NCBI GenBank assembly: GCA_039924325.1
Contig: JBDTAZ010000033.1
Location: 1-48,679, forward strand
Source of the DNA: Gemmatimonadaceae bacterium
Lineage (GTDB): Bacteria; Gemmatimonadota; Gemmatimonadetes; Gemmatimonadales; Gemmatimonadaceae
DNA length: 48,679 nucleotides
Reading direction: 5' to 3'
Positions 6,921 through 15,226 of the stretch are shown one piece after another (positions within the stretch are counted from its first letter, which is position 1; every line of letters begins with the position of its first letter). The notes beneath the pieces are model-generated. The model worked only from the letters and a program-made list of their open reading frames with translations. It had not been told where the DNA came from and searched no databases. The translations under genes were made by a program, and so were the position numbers.

Positions 6921-7897
6921 CGCGATTGCGGCGCCGAACGCACATACGCGGCGATCGCCGAAATGAGTTCCGGAGGAATTGGCACAGATGGATCGGTGTA
7001 CACACCGGCAACCTGCGCGGTTGCGTCGGCAGGCCCGATCTTCAGGACGTGTGTCATGCCGTCAATCTTCAGCAGCTTTGCACCAGGCGCGGCCGCCAGA
7101 AGATTCGCGTCGTCCATCGAGACCTGTATGTCGTGCGTTCCCTGCACTATCAACGTCGCGTACGGCAGCTTTTTCAGGTCAGCGGCTGGGTCGTGGCGAA
7201 ACCACGAAATGAGGTATGGTTGCACACTTGGACGGAACAGCGCGGCGAGCGAAGGGGGAATGCTGTCGACAGTCTTGCCGGTCGAGAGACTGTCGAGAAT
7301 CGGACCGAATATCGCGGCCGGGGCACCGCCTGCTGTGAGCTGTTCGCGGATGACTACGGCTGCGGGCCTGCCAGCGCCCTCGAGCGAGACGAAGCCGTCG
7401 GCCTTTTCGCGCTCGGCGGCGTCCATTCCAACAAGCGATCCCTCGCTGTGACCGACGACAACGACCTTGGAGAATCGAGGATCGGCGCGAAGCAGCTTGA
7501 TCCAGGCCGCGGCGTCGTTGATTCCAGTGTCGAAGCGATAATCGCTCTCGGTGTGTCCTGCCATCGCGCCGGCACTCGCGGCGACGCCACGTTTGTCGTA
7601 GCGGACGGAGGCGATGCCATCGGCCGCGAGATCAGCCGCTAGGATCTTGTACGTGTCAGGATGCAGCAGCTTGCCAGGAACGACCTGAATGGGCGAATTG
7701 CCATCCCGATCAGTGGGGCCGGAGCCAGCGATGATGAGAACCACTGGATGCTTGCCGCCCCCCGGAGGGACGACGAGTGAGCCGAACAGGTCGCCGGTCG
7801 GGGTCTTCAGCGTGATGGGCTGGGAAGCAACGCTGTCGGCTGGCGCGGGAAGCGCCGAACCGGCTGCCATGGAGGCGACGAAGAGCGCGGTGAGCAT
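6917..7897 (-). CDS. Secreted alpha/beta-fold hydrolase
   Basis: 326 aa with an N-terminal signal-like MLTALFVASMAAGSALPAPA and the nucleophile elbow VVVVGHSEGSLVG. PVVLIIAGSGPTDRDGN is a typical pre-elbow strand, and a late GTHDIQV/MTHVLK region could supply the Asp/His. Confidence 0.8.
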   Translation of the reverse strand: MLTALFVASMAAGSALPAPADSVASQPITLKTPTGDLFGSLVVPPGGGKHPVVLIIAGSGPTDRDGNSPIQVVPGKLLHPDTYKILAADLAADGIASVRYDKRGVAASAGAMAGHTESDYRFDTGINDAAAWIKLLRADPRFSKVVVVGHSEGSLVGMDAAEREKADGFVSLEGAGRPAAVVIREQLTAGGAPAAIFGPILDSLSTGKTVDSIPPSLAALFRPSVQPYLISWFRHDPAADLKKLPYATLIVQGTHDIQVSMDDANLLAAAPGAKLLKIDGMTHVLKIGPADATAQVAGVYTDPSVPIPPELISAIAAYVRSAPQSR

Positions 7898-7927
7898 TCT
7901 TTGGGGTCGTTGGTTTAGTTATTAAGC

Positions 7928-7956
7928 AAATTAGCTAAGTAACGAAGCTTACGCAA
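7928..7956 (-). promoter_or_regulatory. Candidate sigma70-type promoter for the hydrolase-sdpR-like operon, with a palindrome over the -10
   Basis: The minus strand reads TTGCGT (7956..7951), 17 nt, TAATTT (7933..7928), about 30 nt upstream of ATG 7897, in the only AT-rich patch here. The perfect palindrome TTAGCTAA (7931..7938) overlaps the -10 and is a possible operator for the ArsR/SdpR-like repressor. Prediction by eye only. Confidence 0.3.
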
Positions 7957-8027
7957 TGTCCGACTGTCTTGCGACCGGATGCGGGGACTCGAGTGTCATC
8001 CCGCCGAAGGCCGGGATGAATATGCGC

Positions 8028-9431
8028 TTACGCGCCCGGAATTCCGATCTCTGTCATCTTCGCAAGATCCAGCACCTTGTCGATCTCGGCGTCGGGAATG
8101 ACATGCTCGCGTTTCACGAGATCGCGAATCAAGACGCCTTCCTTCACAGATCGTTTGCTGATGTCGGCCGCCTTGGCGTAGCCGATCTGCGGCGCGAGCG
8201 CGGTTGCCAGCGCCGCCGAGCGTTCAACCCAGTAGGCACACTGTGCGGCGTTCGCTTCGATCCCGACAACACACTTGTCCGCGAATACGCTGGAAGCGGT
8301 GGATAGAATGTGTTCCGCCAGCAGCACGTTGAACGCGATCACCGGCATCATCACGTTGAGCTCAAGCTGGCCGTGTTCGGTTGCCGCGGCGACGCATGCG
8401 TCGAGGCCGACGATCTGGAAGCAGACTTGGTTCACCATCTCCGCGATCGATGGGTTGATCTTGCCGGGCATGATCGATGATCCGGGCTGCACTGCGGGAA
8501 GTGTGATTTCGTCGAGCCCGGTGCGCGGGCCGCTGACCATGATGCGCAAATCGCTCGCGATCTTGCTGAGATCGATCGCGAGAACCTTCATTGCTGCGCT
8601 GAACGCGGCAGCGTCGCCCATACTTTGCATGAGCTGAATGCGATCAGTACCGGCGCGCAGCTTGCCGTCCAGCATTTCGTTCAAATGCTTGACCATCAGC
8701 GCCGGATATTGCGGCTCAACGTTGACGCCGGTCCCAACGGCGCTGCCGCCGATGCCGAGATCGCGAAGATAATCGGCCGCCTCGTTCACGCGTTTGAGTC
8801 CGCGCGCGAGTGTGCCTGCGAATGCCTTGAATTCCTGACCGAGCCGGATCGGCATCGCGTCCTGAAGATGCGTGCGACCGGCCTTGATGATGCCGTCGAA
8901 TTCCTTGCCCTTTGCTTCGAACGCATCGATGAGCGACTGCATAGCCTTGTTCAGCTTTGGCAACTCGGCGAGGCAGCCAATCCGGATAGCGGTCGGGATC
9001 ACGTCGTTGGTCGATTGCGCCATGTTGACGTGATCATTCGGATGCACGGGCGAGTACTTGCCGCGTTCGCTTCCGAGCATCTCGTTAGCACGATTGGCCA
9101 GTACTTCGTTGATGTTCATGTTGTGCGAGGTACCGGCTCCAGCCTGATACACATCCACGATGAACTGATCACGCCACTTGCCGCCGAGCACTTCGTCTGC
9201 GGCGGCGATGATGGCATCGGCGAGTCGCGTTTCGAGTCGGCCGGTTTCCTTGTGAGTGAGTGCCGCGGCGCGCTTGATGCGCACTACGGAATCCACGAAA
9301 GCCGGAAGCGGGCGCATGCCGCTGATCGGAAAGTTTTGTACTGCGCGCAGTGTCTGCACGCCATACATCGCGTCGGCTGGAACCGCGAGTTCGCCGAGTG
9401 GATCTTTTTCAGTGCGCGTTGCGTTTGACAT
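8028..9431 (-). CDS. aspA: Aspartate ammonia-lyase (class II fumarase/aspartase family)
   Basis: 467 aa. The N-terminus R-EKDPLGELAVPADAMYGVQTLRAVQNFPISG is aspartase-like rather than FumC-like. The family signature GSSIMPGKINP is present. FumC cannot be fully excluded without alignment. Confidence 0.75.
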   Translation of the reverse strand: MSNATRTEKDPLGELAVPADAMYGVQTLRAVQNFPISGMRPLPAFVDSVVRIKRAAALTHKETGRLETRLADAIIAAADEVLGGKWRDQFIVDVYQAGAGTSHNMNINEVLANRANEMLGSERGKYSPVHPNDHVNMAQSTNDVIPTAIRIGCLAELPKLNKAMQSLIDAFEAKGKEFDGIIKAGRTHLQDAMPIRLGQEFKAFAGTLARGLKRVNEAADYLRDLGIGGSAVGTGVNVEPQYPALMVKHLNEMLDGKLRAGTDRIQLMQSMGDAAAFSAAMKVLAIDLSKIASDLRIMVSGPRTGLDEITLPAVQPGSSIMPGKINPSIAEMVNQVCFQIVGLDACVAAATEHGQLELNVMMPVIAFNVLLAEHILSTASSVFADKCVVGIEANAAQCAYWVERSAALATALAPQIGYAKAADISKRSVKEGVLIRDLVKREHVIPDAEIDKVLDLAKMTEIGIPGA

Positions 9432-10059
9432 TTGCTATTCCGTTCAGAAAAGGGTTGCTATCGAGCTCATCGCCGATTGTAGTCGTGCCACCGTGTCCAG
9501 GATACACAGTCGTCTCGCGCGGCAAGTCAGCCATGATGGCCAGCGTCTGCTGCATGTGCTCCGAGTTGGCCATTGGAAGATCGGTGCGACCAATCGAGCC
9601 GGCGAACAGCACATCGCCGGCAAGCACAATTCCGTTGCCAAAGAAAACGACATGCCCTGGGCTGTGACCGGGAGCATGAATTACGTCGAAGTCGAGGCCT
9701 CCGACGTGGACGACATCTCCGTGCGCCAACTCCCGATTCGGAGCTTCGGGCTGCTCAAACGGGACTCCGTACTGCTCGGCGAAGAGCGACGCGGCCTCGT
9801 AGACGGGACCATCGATCGGATGCATGTAGACTGGGATGTCGCCGAATTGACGGCGGATCTCTGAAATTGCTCCGATGTGATCCAAGTGTGCGTGTGTAAG
9901 CCATACTGCGTCGAGTTTGGCACCACAAGACTCGACCATCTCGACAATGTGTTCACCGTCATCGCCGGGATCGACGAGCACCGCGTGCTTTGTATCGTCG
10001 TCGATCACGAGGTACGTGTTTTCCCGGAACGGGCCAACCTCGCGCGAGACTACTCTCAA
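9409..10059 (-). CDS. MBL-fold metallo-hydrolase (glyoxalase II-like)
   Basis: 216 aa with the THAHLDHIG metal-binding motif, then HAPGHSPGH and GDVLFAGSIGRTD. Overlaps the trxB stop by 4 nt. Confidence 0.8.
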   Translation of the reverse strand: MRVVSREVGPFRENTYLVIDDDTKHAVLVDPGDDGEHIVEMVESCGAKLDAVWLTHAHLDHIGAISEIRRQFGDIPVYMHPIDGPVYEAASLFAEQYGVPFEQPEAPNRELAHGDVVHVGGLDFDVIHAPGHSPGHVVFFGNGIVLAGDVLFAGSIGRTDLPMANSEHMQQTLAIMADLPRETTVYPGHGGTTTIGDELDSNPFLNGIANVKRNAH

Positions 10060-11039
10060 ACCGCGTAGCCACCCGTCGCTACAACGCGTCCGACACTCGA
10101 GTCGCGTAGCGACGACAGATACTTCTCCGCTGCAATTGCGGCGGTAGTTCCATCTCCGGCGGCGGTCGTTACTTGTCGCGTGAGTTGGGCACGGACGTCT
10201 CCAGCCGCGAACATGCCGGCTATCGACGTCTCCATGTTCACGTCCGTGAGGAGATAACCCATCTCGTCGTGATCCACATGCCCGTCGATGATTCCGGTGT
10301 TCGGTCGGAATCCGATGAACACAAACAACGCCGTAACAGCAAGGTCCGACGCAACGGCGGTCTTGACGTTGTGCAGTTTTAGATTGCTCACAAACCCCTG
10401 TTCGTCGGCTTCAACACGATCGACAAGCGTGTCCCAGATGACTTCGACCTTGGGGTTCTCCAGAAGCCGCTTCTGCAGCAGCTTGGACGCGCGGAATTCA
10501 TTGCGGCGATGTATCAGATACACCTTGGCGGCATATCGGGTCAGGAAATCCGCTTCTTCGACGGCTGCATCGCCGCCGCCCACAACAGCAATGGTATGTC
10601 CCTTGAAAAACGCGCCATCGCATATCGCGCAGTAGGAAACTCCCTTCCCCGCGTACTCTGTCTCACCTGGGACGCCCAGCCGAATTGGCGTTCCACCAGC
10701 CGTAACGATCGCTGTGGGTGCGTGAAATATGTCGCCGGAATCTGTTTCGGCCTCGAAGGATCCATCAGGCAGCTTCTTGAGCGTCGTGACGGTAGTCTGA
10801 CGAAATTCAGCGCCAAATTTCTTCGCATGATTTTCGAAGCGCTGCGCCAGATCCCAACCCTCGATGTGCTCGAAGCCAGGGTAGTCTTCTATCGTTTCAG
10901 TATTGAGGAGTTCACCGCCTGCAGCTCCACGCTCCAGCACGACGGTCTTGAGCATGGATCTTCCAGCATACATGCCTGCCGTCATGCCAGCGGGGCCCGC
11001 GCCGACGATGATCACGTCATAATCGAAAGTCTGTCCCAT
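10056..11039 (-). CDS. trxB: Thioredoxin-disulfide reductase
   Basis: 327 aa with the FAD motif VIIVGAGPAGMTAG, redox-active CAICDG, the NADPH motif AVVGGGDAAVEEA and C-terminal GMFAAGDV. Confidence 0.9.
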   Translation of the reverse strand: MGQTFDYDVIIVGAGPAGMTAGMYAGRSMLKTVVLERGAAGGELLNTETIEDYPGFEHIEGWDLAQRFENHAKKFGAEFRQTTVTTLKKLPDGSFEAETDSGDIFHAPTAIVTAGGTPIRLGVPGETEYAGKGVSYCAICDGAFFKGHTIAVVGGGDAAVEEADFLTRYAAKVYLIHRRNEFRASKLLQKRLLENPKVEVIWDTLVDRVEADEQGFVSNLKLHNVKTAVASDLAVTALFVFIGFRPNTGIIDGHVDHDEMGYLLTDVNMETSIAGMFAAGDVRAQLTRQVTTAAGDGTTAAIAAEKYLSSLRDSSVGRVVATGGYAV

Positions 11040-11045
11040 GAATCT

Positions 11046-11786
11046 CTAGGAGGTTTTCGCGCCGACGTGTAGAACGTTGAACGCACCATGGCAGTGCGAG
11101 ACGGTCGCGACAAGTACATTGGCGGACTCGACGGCACCCACTCGTTCAACCAGCCGGTCGGCGGCAACAACATCGCGCGTATCGAACATTCCGACTCCGT
11201 ACGCGCGGTGGCTACAGTGAAATATAACGGGGCCCTGGAGCGGCTCGGCGCCGTCCTGGGATCGCCTTACGAGGTCAGACGCGGCGTTCGGCATGGTCCA
11301 GCTTCGCTCCCCGCCGGTATGCGGGCAGAGGCGGGGTTCCACGCAATTTATGGGGCAGGTCCAGGTGGCATAGCTGCCATAAAACGTCCCGTCGGGTGCA
11401 GCGGCGCGCCACGGCGTTTCCGGTTCAAGCGACAGCGGGCGGGTTTCTACAGTCCGATTCGGCCAGCGGCGATGCGCGGAATCCCGCAGCCACTGGTACA
11501 TCAGATGCGGCATCAACGGTGATGGGACTATCGCGTCGTCGGTATTCAATGCAGCGGAGCCAAGGTAACGATCAAAAAATTCGGTCCATTCGGAGACGAC
11601 CAGTTCCACATCGGCGCCCAACTTCGCTACGGCACACTCAGGCGATCGGTCCACAACAAGGATCCTTTCAAACCGAATCGCGTCAGCCGCACTTGCTCGT
11701 TCGAGCTGGCGAACGTAATACGAGCCGTAGCATCCACCGCCGACGACGACTATCGAACCGTACTGTTTCTCGTCACGCGCGGACAT
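11046..11786 (-). CDS. Hypothetical protein with an N-terminal dinucleotide-binding-like motif and a Cys cluster
   Basis: 246 aa with IVVVGGGCYGSYYVRQL (GxGxxG-like) and later TWTCPINCVEPRLCPHTGG plus HCSHRAYG and SHCHG. I cannot name a family. Confidence 0.45.
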   Translation of the reverse strand: MSARDEKQYGSIVVVGGGCYGSYYVRQLERASAADAIRFERILVVDRSPECAVAKLGADVELVVSEWTEFFDRYLGSAALNTDDAIVPSPLMPHLMYQWLRDSAHRRWPNRTVETRPLSLEPETPWRAAAPDGTFYGSYATWTCPINCVEPRLCPHTGGERSWTMPNAASDLVRRSQDGAEPLQGPVIFHCSHRAYGVGMFDTRDVVAADRLVERVGAVESANVLVATVSHCHGAFNVLHVGAKTS

Positions 11787-12504
11787 GTCGTCCGCCGTCT
11801 ACCAGCAGCGTGTCGCCCGTCACGTAGTCGGACTTCAGGAGGTACAGCATCGCGCCAACTACATCGTCGGGTGATCCAATGCGTTGAAGCGGAGTAGTCT
11901 TCGCGAAGTGCGCGCGCGTCTCGTCGCTCCAGTCGTCCGGGAGTAGAACCGCGCCCGGCGCGATCGCATTCACGCGAACTTCGGGTGCGAATACTCTCGC
12001 CATGCCGCGAGTCATCTGAACGATTCCGGCCTTGCTGATCCCGTGCGGGATATACTCCGGCCACGTTTCGTAGGCGGCCAGATCCGAAAGATTCACGATG
12101 CAGCCGTTGACCTTCCTGAGCCACGGGCGCGCCGCCTGAGACATGAAGAACGGTGCGCGCAGGTTGAGCGCGAAAATAGCATCCCACTCCGCTACCGTTA
12201 CATCGTCGACCGGTGTTCGCCGCATCACCGCCGCAGAATTCACCAGTACGTCCAACCCGCCGAAATCGCGCGTAACCCCGGCAACGAGGGCGGCAGGCGT
12301 GTCGGCCTGGGTCAGATCCCCGCGATACGCGCGACACTCAATTCCTGTCGCCGTGAGTTCCGCAACCAGCGAATCAGCTTCGGCAGATGCTGAGTTGTAG
12401 TTGATGGCGACACGCATGCCGGCCTCAGCCAGAGCGGTGCTGAGCGCGCGCCCCACCCGATGCGCGCCTCCAGTAACGAGTGCAACTTTGCCACGCAATT
12501 CCAC
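11773..12504 (-). CDS. SDR-family oxidoreductase (pteridine-reductase/FolM-like N-terminus)
   Basis: 243 aa with ALVTGGAHRVGRAL (TGxxxRxG), NSAA, and Y-x3-K as YIPHGISKAG. Confidence 0.8.
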   Translation of the reverse strand: MELRGKVALVTGGAHRVGRALSTALAEAGMRVAINYNSASAEADSLVAELTATGIECRAYRGDLTQADTPAALVAGVTRDFGGLDVLVNSAAVMRRTPVDDVTVAEWDAIFALNLRAPFFMSQAARPWLRKVNGCIVNLSDLAAYETWPEYIPHGISKAGIVQMTRGMARVFAPEVRVNAIAPGAVLLPDDWSDETRAHFAKTTPLQRIGSPDDVVGAMLYLLKSDYVTGDTLLVDGGRHVRA

Positions 12505-12509
12505 GGTTT

Positions 12510-13364
12510 CTACGACACCCGCGTCGCAAGTCGCACGTCCTGAAGATCAAGCCACGCTTCAGGGACATGCATGTTACCGAGTACTCTGTAGCCTTCCGTG
12601 GCGCCGTGCCAGTCGGATCCGCCGCTCGGGACAAGATCCAGCTCCTGAGCCAGCCGTTCCAATCTCACGACATCTGACGGAGTGTGTCCCGGATGTCGAA
12701 CTTCAACACAGTCGAGTCCGTGCAGAGCAATCCGGGAAAGTCGCTCGCGTGTCCCGTCGCGACCAGGGTGCGCCCACACCGCTAACGCGCCCGCAGAGTG
12801 CGCAAGCCCGATCGCGTCGGCCACATCGAGCCGCGGCTTTGGTACGTAAGCTGGTTTGCCAGCACCAAGGAGGCGATCGAACGCGTCGCGATTGTCGGCC
12901 GCGTAACCGTCACGAATCAACACTCGCGCAATGTGAGGCCGGCCGAGTGCGCCACCAGCTGCCTCGGCAATGACGTCGTCGAAACTGATTGTCGCACCAT
13001 TCCGTGCGAGTCGCTCGACAATGTTCCGACCGCGCTCCGTGCGCTCGCGCTGGAATCCTTCGAGGCTCGGCCTTATCGCACCGGCATCACGGATGTGGAG
13101 CGCAAGCAGATGAACTTCGAAGTTGCCATCGTAGGCACTCAGCTCGCAGCCGCGAACAACGCGGATTCCGAGACTGGCTCCGATCGCAACGGCCTCGTCG
13201 TTGCCAGCAATACTGTCGTGATCAGTGATCGCGATAGCTTGAAGCTCGGCGCGCTTGGCGGCCTCGACGAGCTCGGTTGGGGACACAGCTCCATCAGAAG
13301 CGGTAGAATGGGCGTGCAGGTCTACGTAACGCTCATCGGCCGGCTCAGTGCCGCGGTCAATCAT
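12510..13364 (-). CDS. PHP-domain phosphoesterase (TrpH/YciV-like)
   Basis: 284 aa with YVDLHAHSTASDG, AITDHDS, and a late GGSDWHG. Confidence 0.8.
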   Translation of the reverse strand: MIDRGTEPADERYVDLHAHSTASDGAVSPTELVEAAKRAELQAIAITDHDSIAGNDEAVAIGASLGIRVVRGCELSAYDGNFEVHLLALHIRDAGAIRPSLEGFQRERTERGRNIVERLARNGATISFDDVIAEAAGGALGRPHIARVLIRDGYAADNRDAFDRLLGAGKPAYVPKPRLDVADAIGLAHSAGALAVWAHPGRDGTRERLSRIALHGLDCVEVRHPGHTPSDVVRLERLAQELDLVPSGGSDWHGATEGYRVLGNMHVPEAWLDLQDVRLATRVS

Positions 13365-13627
13365 CGAGCGTAGAAGGCCTCTGGTGATGTAGCGCCAGGT
13401 TGCGATTGCCCAAAGAGCGTGCGCAATTCGTCGTCTGACAGCTCGACGAACGACTGCTCGCGCCAGCGCGCGCCAACCGGAGAGTAGCGGACAACGCGGG
13501 TCTCTCGGTCCGCATCTTCACCACGTGAAAAGATCAGCGCGAACTCGTCTTTCGTGTTGGCGGTGATGTAGCCGGTGGGCTGAACGCGCCACGCGGCGCC
13601 ATCTACTGTTACTGTGCGAAACGGCAT
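13361..13627 (-). CDS. Hypothetical small protein (88 aa)
   Basis: ORF in operon context with a 4-nt overlap with the PHP gene start. No recognisable motif. Confidence 0.45.
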   Translation of the reverse strand: MPFRTVTVDGAAWRVQPTGYITANTKDEFALIFSRGEDADRETRVVRYSPVGARWREQSFVELSDDELRTLFGQSQPGATSPEAFYAR

Positions 13628-13885
13628 CTACAACTCCACTTGCTGGTAAATACGGAGGGGGCCCGATCCGGGCTCCGGTGCCGACGATACCGCCTCTGCG
13701 AGAACAGCGGAATCATCGGCGACGGTAAACTCAACGAACGCGTTTCTGAGTGCAGGGTCTTCGAAAACCCAAAACCGGCAGTTGGCGGCTTCATAGTGCG
13801 CCGCGCGTATTGTCAGACGCGCGAGGTAACGCGCTCGCTCACTTGGCGGGATCGTCGTCCGCTGAATGGTGAGTGAGCGAGACAC
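13628..13885 (-). CDS. Hypothetical small protein (85 aa)
   Basis: Fills the gap exactly between the E2 stop (13886) and the next ORF (13627). No recognisable motif. Confidence 0.45.
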   Translation of the reverse strand: MSRSLTIQRTTIPPSERARYLARLTIRAAHYEAANCRFWVFEDPALRNAFVEFTVADDSAVLAEAVSSAPEPGSGPLRIYQQVEL

Positions 13886-15226
13886 TCAGATCACTCCGTT
13901 CTCAGGAAATGCTTCGATGTTGCGCTTGATCTGCGCGAGAAACTGATCGGCCACTGCACCATCGACAATCCGATGGTCGAATGAGATCGAGAAGTACGCA
14001 CAGGTGCGAATGGCTATCGTGTCCTCTCCGTCCTTTCCGCTGACAACCTTCGCGCGCTTCTCGATCGCGCCGATTCCCATGATCGCAACTTGCGGCTGAT
14101 TGATGATCGGCGTCCCCATTAGCGACCCGTAGCCGCCAGGGTTCGTTATGGTGAACGTTCCCTCCTGGACTTCGCTCGGCGCGAGTCGTTTGCTACGCGC
14201 GCGATTCGCAAGATCGTTGAGCGCGCGAGTGATGCCCGTCAGCGAGAGATCGTCCGCGTTCTTGATGACCGGAACAATCAACCCCCAGTCCAGCGCAACT
14301 GCGATGCCGATGTTGACCTGCGCGCGGTAGATGACGTTAGTACCTGCGATGGACGAATTCATGATCGGATACTGCTTGATCGCGTCGACCGTCGCCTTGA
14401 TGATAAAAGGCATGTAAGACAGCTTCTCGCCTGTCGCAGCCTCGAAATCTCGACGGTTTGCAGCGCGAATCTTGGCGACGCGCGTGAAGTCCATTTCCAT
14501 GAACGACGTGACATGCGCTGATGTGCGGCGCGATGCGACCATGTGGTCGCTGATGAGCGCGCGCATCTTGGACATCGGCTCAACACGGTCTCCGGGCCAC
14601 GGTTCCGGCATCGGTCCGTGAAACTCCCCTCCGCCGGAGGGAGCGTGCATTGAAGGACGCGCCGACGGTCCCGCGGCCATGTGATCCAGCAGGTCCTGCT
14701 TCGTCACGCGGCCCGCAACACCGCTTCCGTTCAGTCCCGTAATATCCACGCCGTGCTCGGCGGCCATCTTCCGAACTAGCGGCGACGACTTGGACCGCAA
14801 CCTTCCCTCGAACGAATCGGGGGCTACCGCTGGTCGCGCAGGCGCTGCGACGGGTTGACGCGGTGCCGGCGCGGATGGCACAACGGCAGTCTTGCTTGTA
14901 GCTGCAGGGACCGTCGCGGCCGCAGGCGACGCGGATGATGGCGCTGTCGCTGCGGTTGCTGCGGTTGCGGCTATTGGTGCATCCTTGCCGGTTTCAATCC
15001 GCGCGACCAGTGTATGCACCGCGACCGTCATGCCCTCTTCCACAAGGATCTCGGCCAGGGTGCCGGCCGTGGGCGAGGGGATCTCCGCATCCACCTTGTC
15101 GGTGGAGATCTCGAAGATGGGTTCATCACGCTTTACATGATCGCCGACCTTCTTGAGCCACTTAGAAAGAGTCCCTTCCGCGATCGACTCGCCCATCTGC
15201 GGCATTGTCACATCAATACGAGCCAT
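13886..15226 (-). CDS. 2-oxoacid dehydrogenase complex E2 (dihydrolipoamide acyltransferase)
   Basis: 446 aa with lipoyl domain (EISTDKVDAEIPSP), an Ala/Pro linker, a subunit-binding domain (SPLVRKMAAEHGVDI) and the catalytic SFDHRIVDGA motif. Confidence 0.9.
   Translation of the reverse strand: MARIDVTMPQMGESIAEGTLSKWLKKVGDHVKRDEPIFEISTDKVDAEIPSPTAGTLAEILVEEGMTVAVHTLVARIETGKDAPIAATAATAATAPSSASPAAATVPAATSKTAVVPSAPAPRQPVAAPARPAVAPDSFEGRLRSKSSPLVRKMAAEHGVDITGLNGSGVAGRVTKQDLLDHMAAGPSARPSMHAPSGGGEFHGPMPEPWPGDRVEPMSKMRALISDHMVASRRTSAHVTSFMEMDFTRVAKIRAANRRDFEAATGEKLSYMPFIIKATVDAIKQYPIMNSSIAGTNVIYRAQVNIGIAVALDWGLIVPVIKNADDLSLTGITRALNDLANRARSKRLAPSEVQEGTFTITNPGGYGSLMGTPIINQPQVAIMGIGAIEKRAKVVSGKDGEDTIAIRTCAYFSISFDHRIVDGAVADQFLAQIKRNIEAFPENGVI

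Noticed and set aside
6800-7642. Long plus-strand ORF (280 aa) and many similar 150-325-aa ORFs antisense to confident genes. Examples: 8625..9428, 15955..16734, 18889..19647, 30068..31045, 37263..38165, 40336..41304, 44238..44948 and 47612..48232.
   Set aside because: Each lies entirely inside and antisense (or out of frame) to a gene with strong family motifs. Their translations are Arg/Ala/Gly/Pro-rich with no motifs, as expected for shadow ORFs in high-GC DNA.
14850-15000. Short GCx-rich tandem-looking DNA repeats (GCTGCGGTTGCTGCGGTTGCGGCT), and similar Pro/Gly/Ala-coding repeats at about 31560..31990.
   Set aside because: They encode the Ala/Pro inter-domain linker of E2 and the spacer of the TonB-like protein. 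This is ordinary low-complexity coding sequence, not CRISPR or a satellite repeat.
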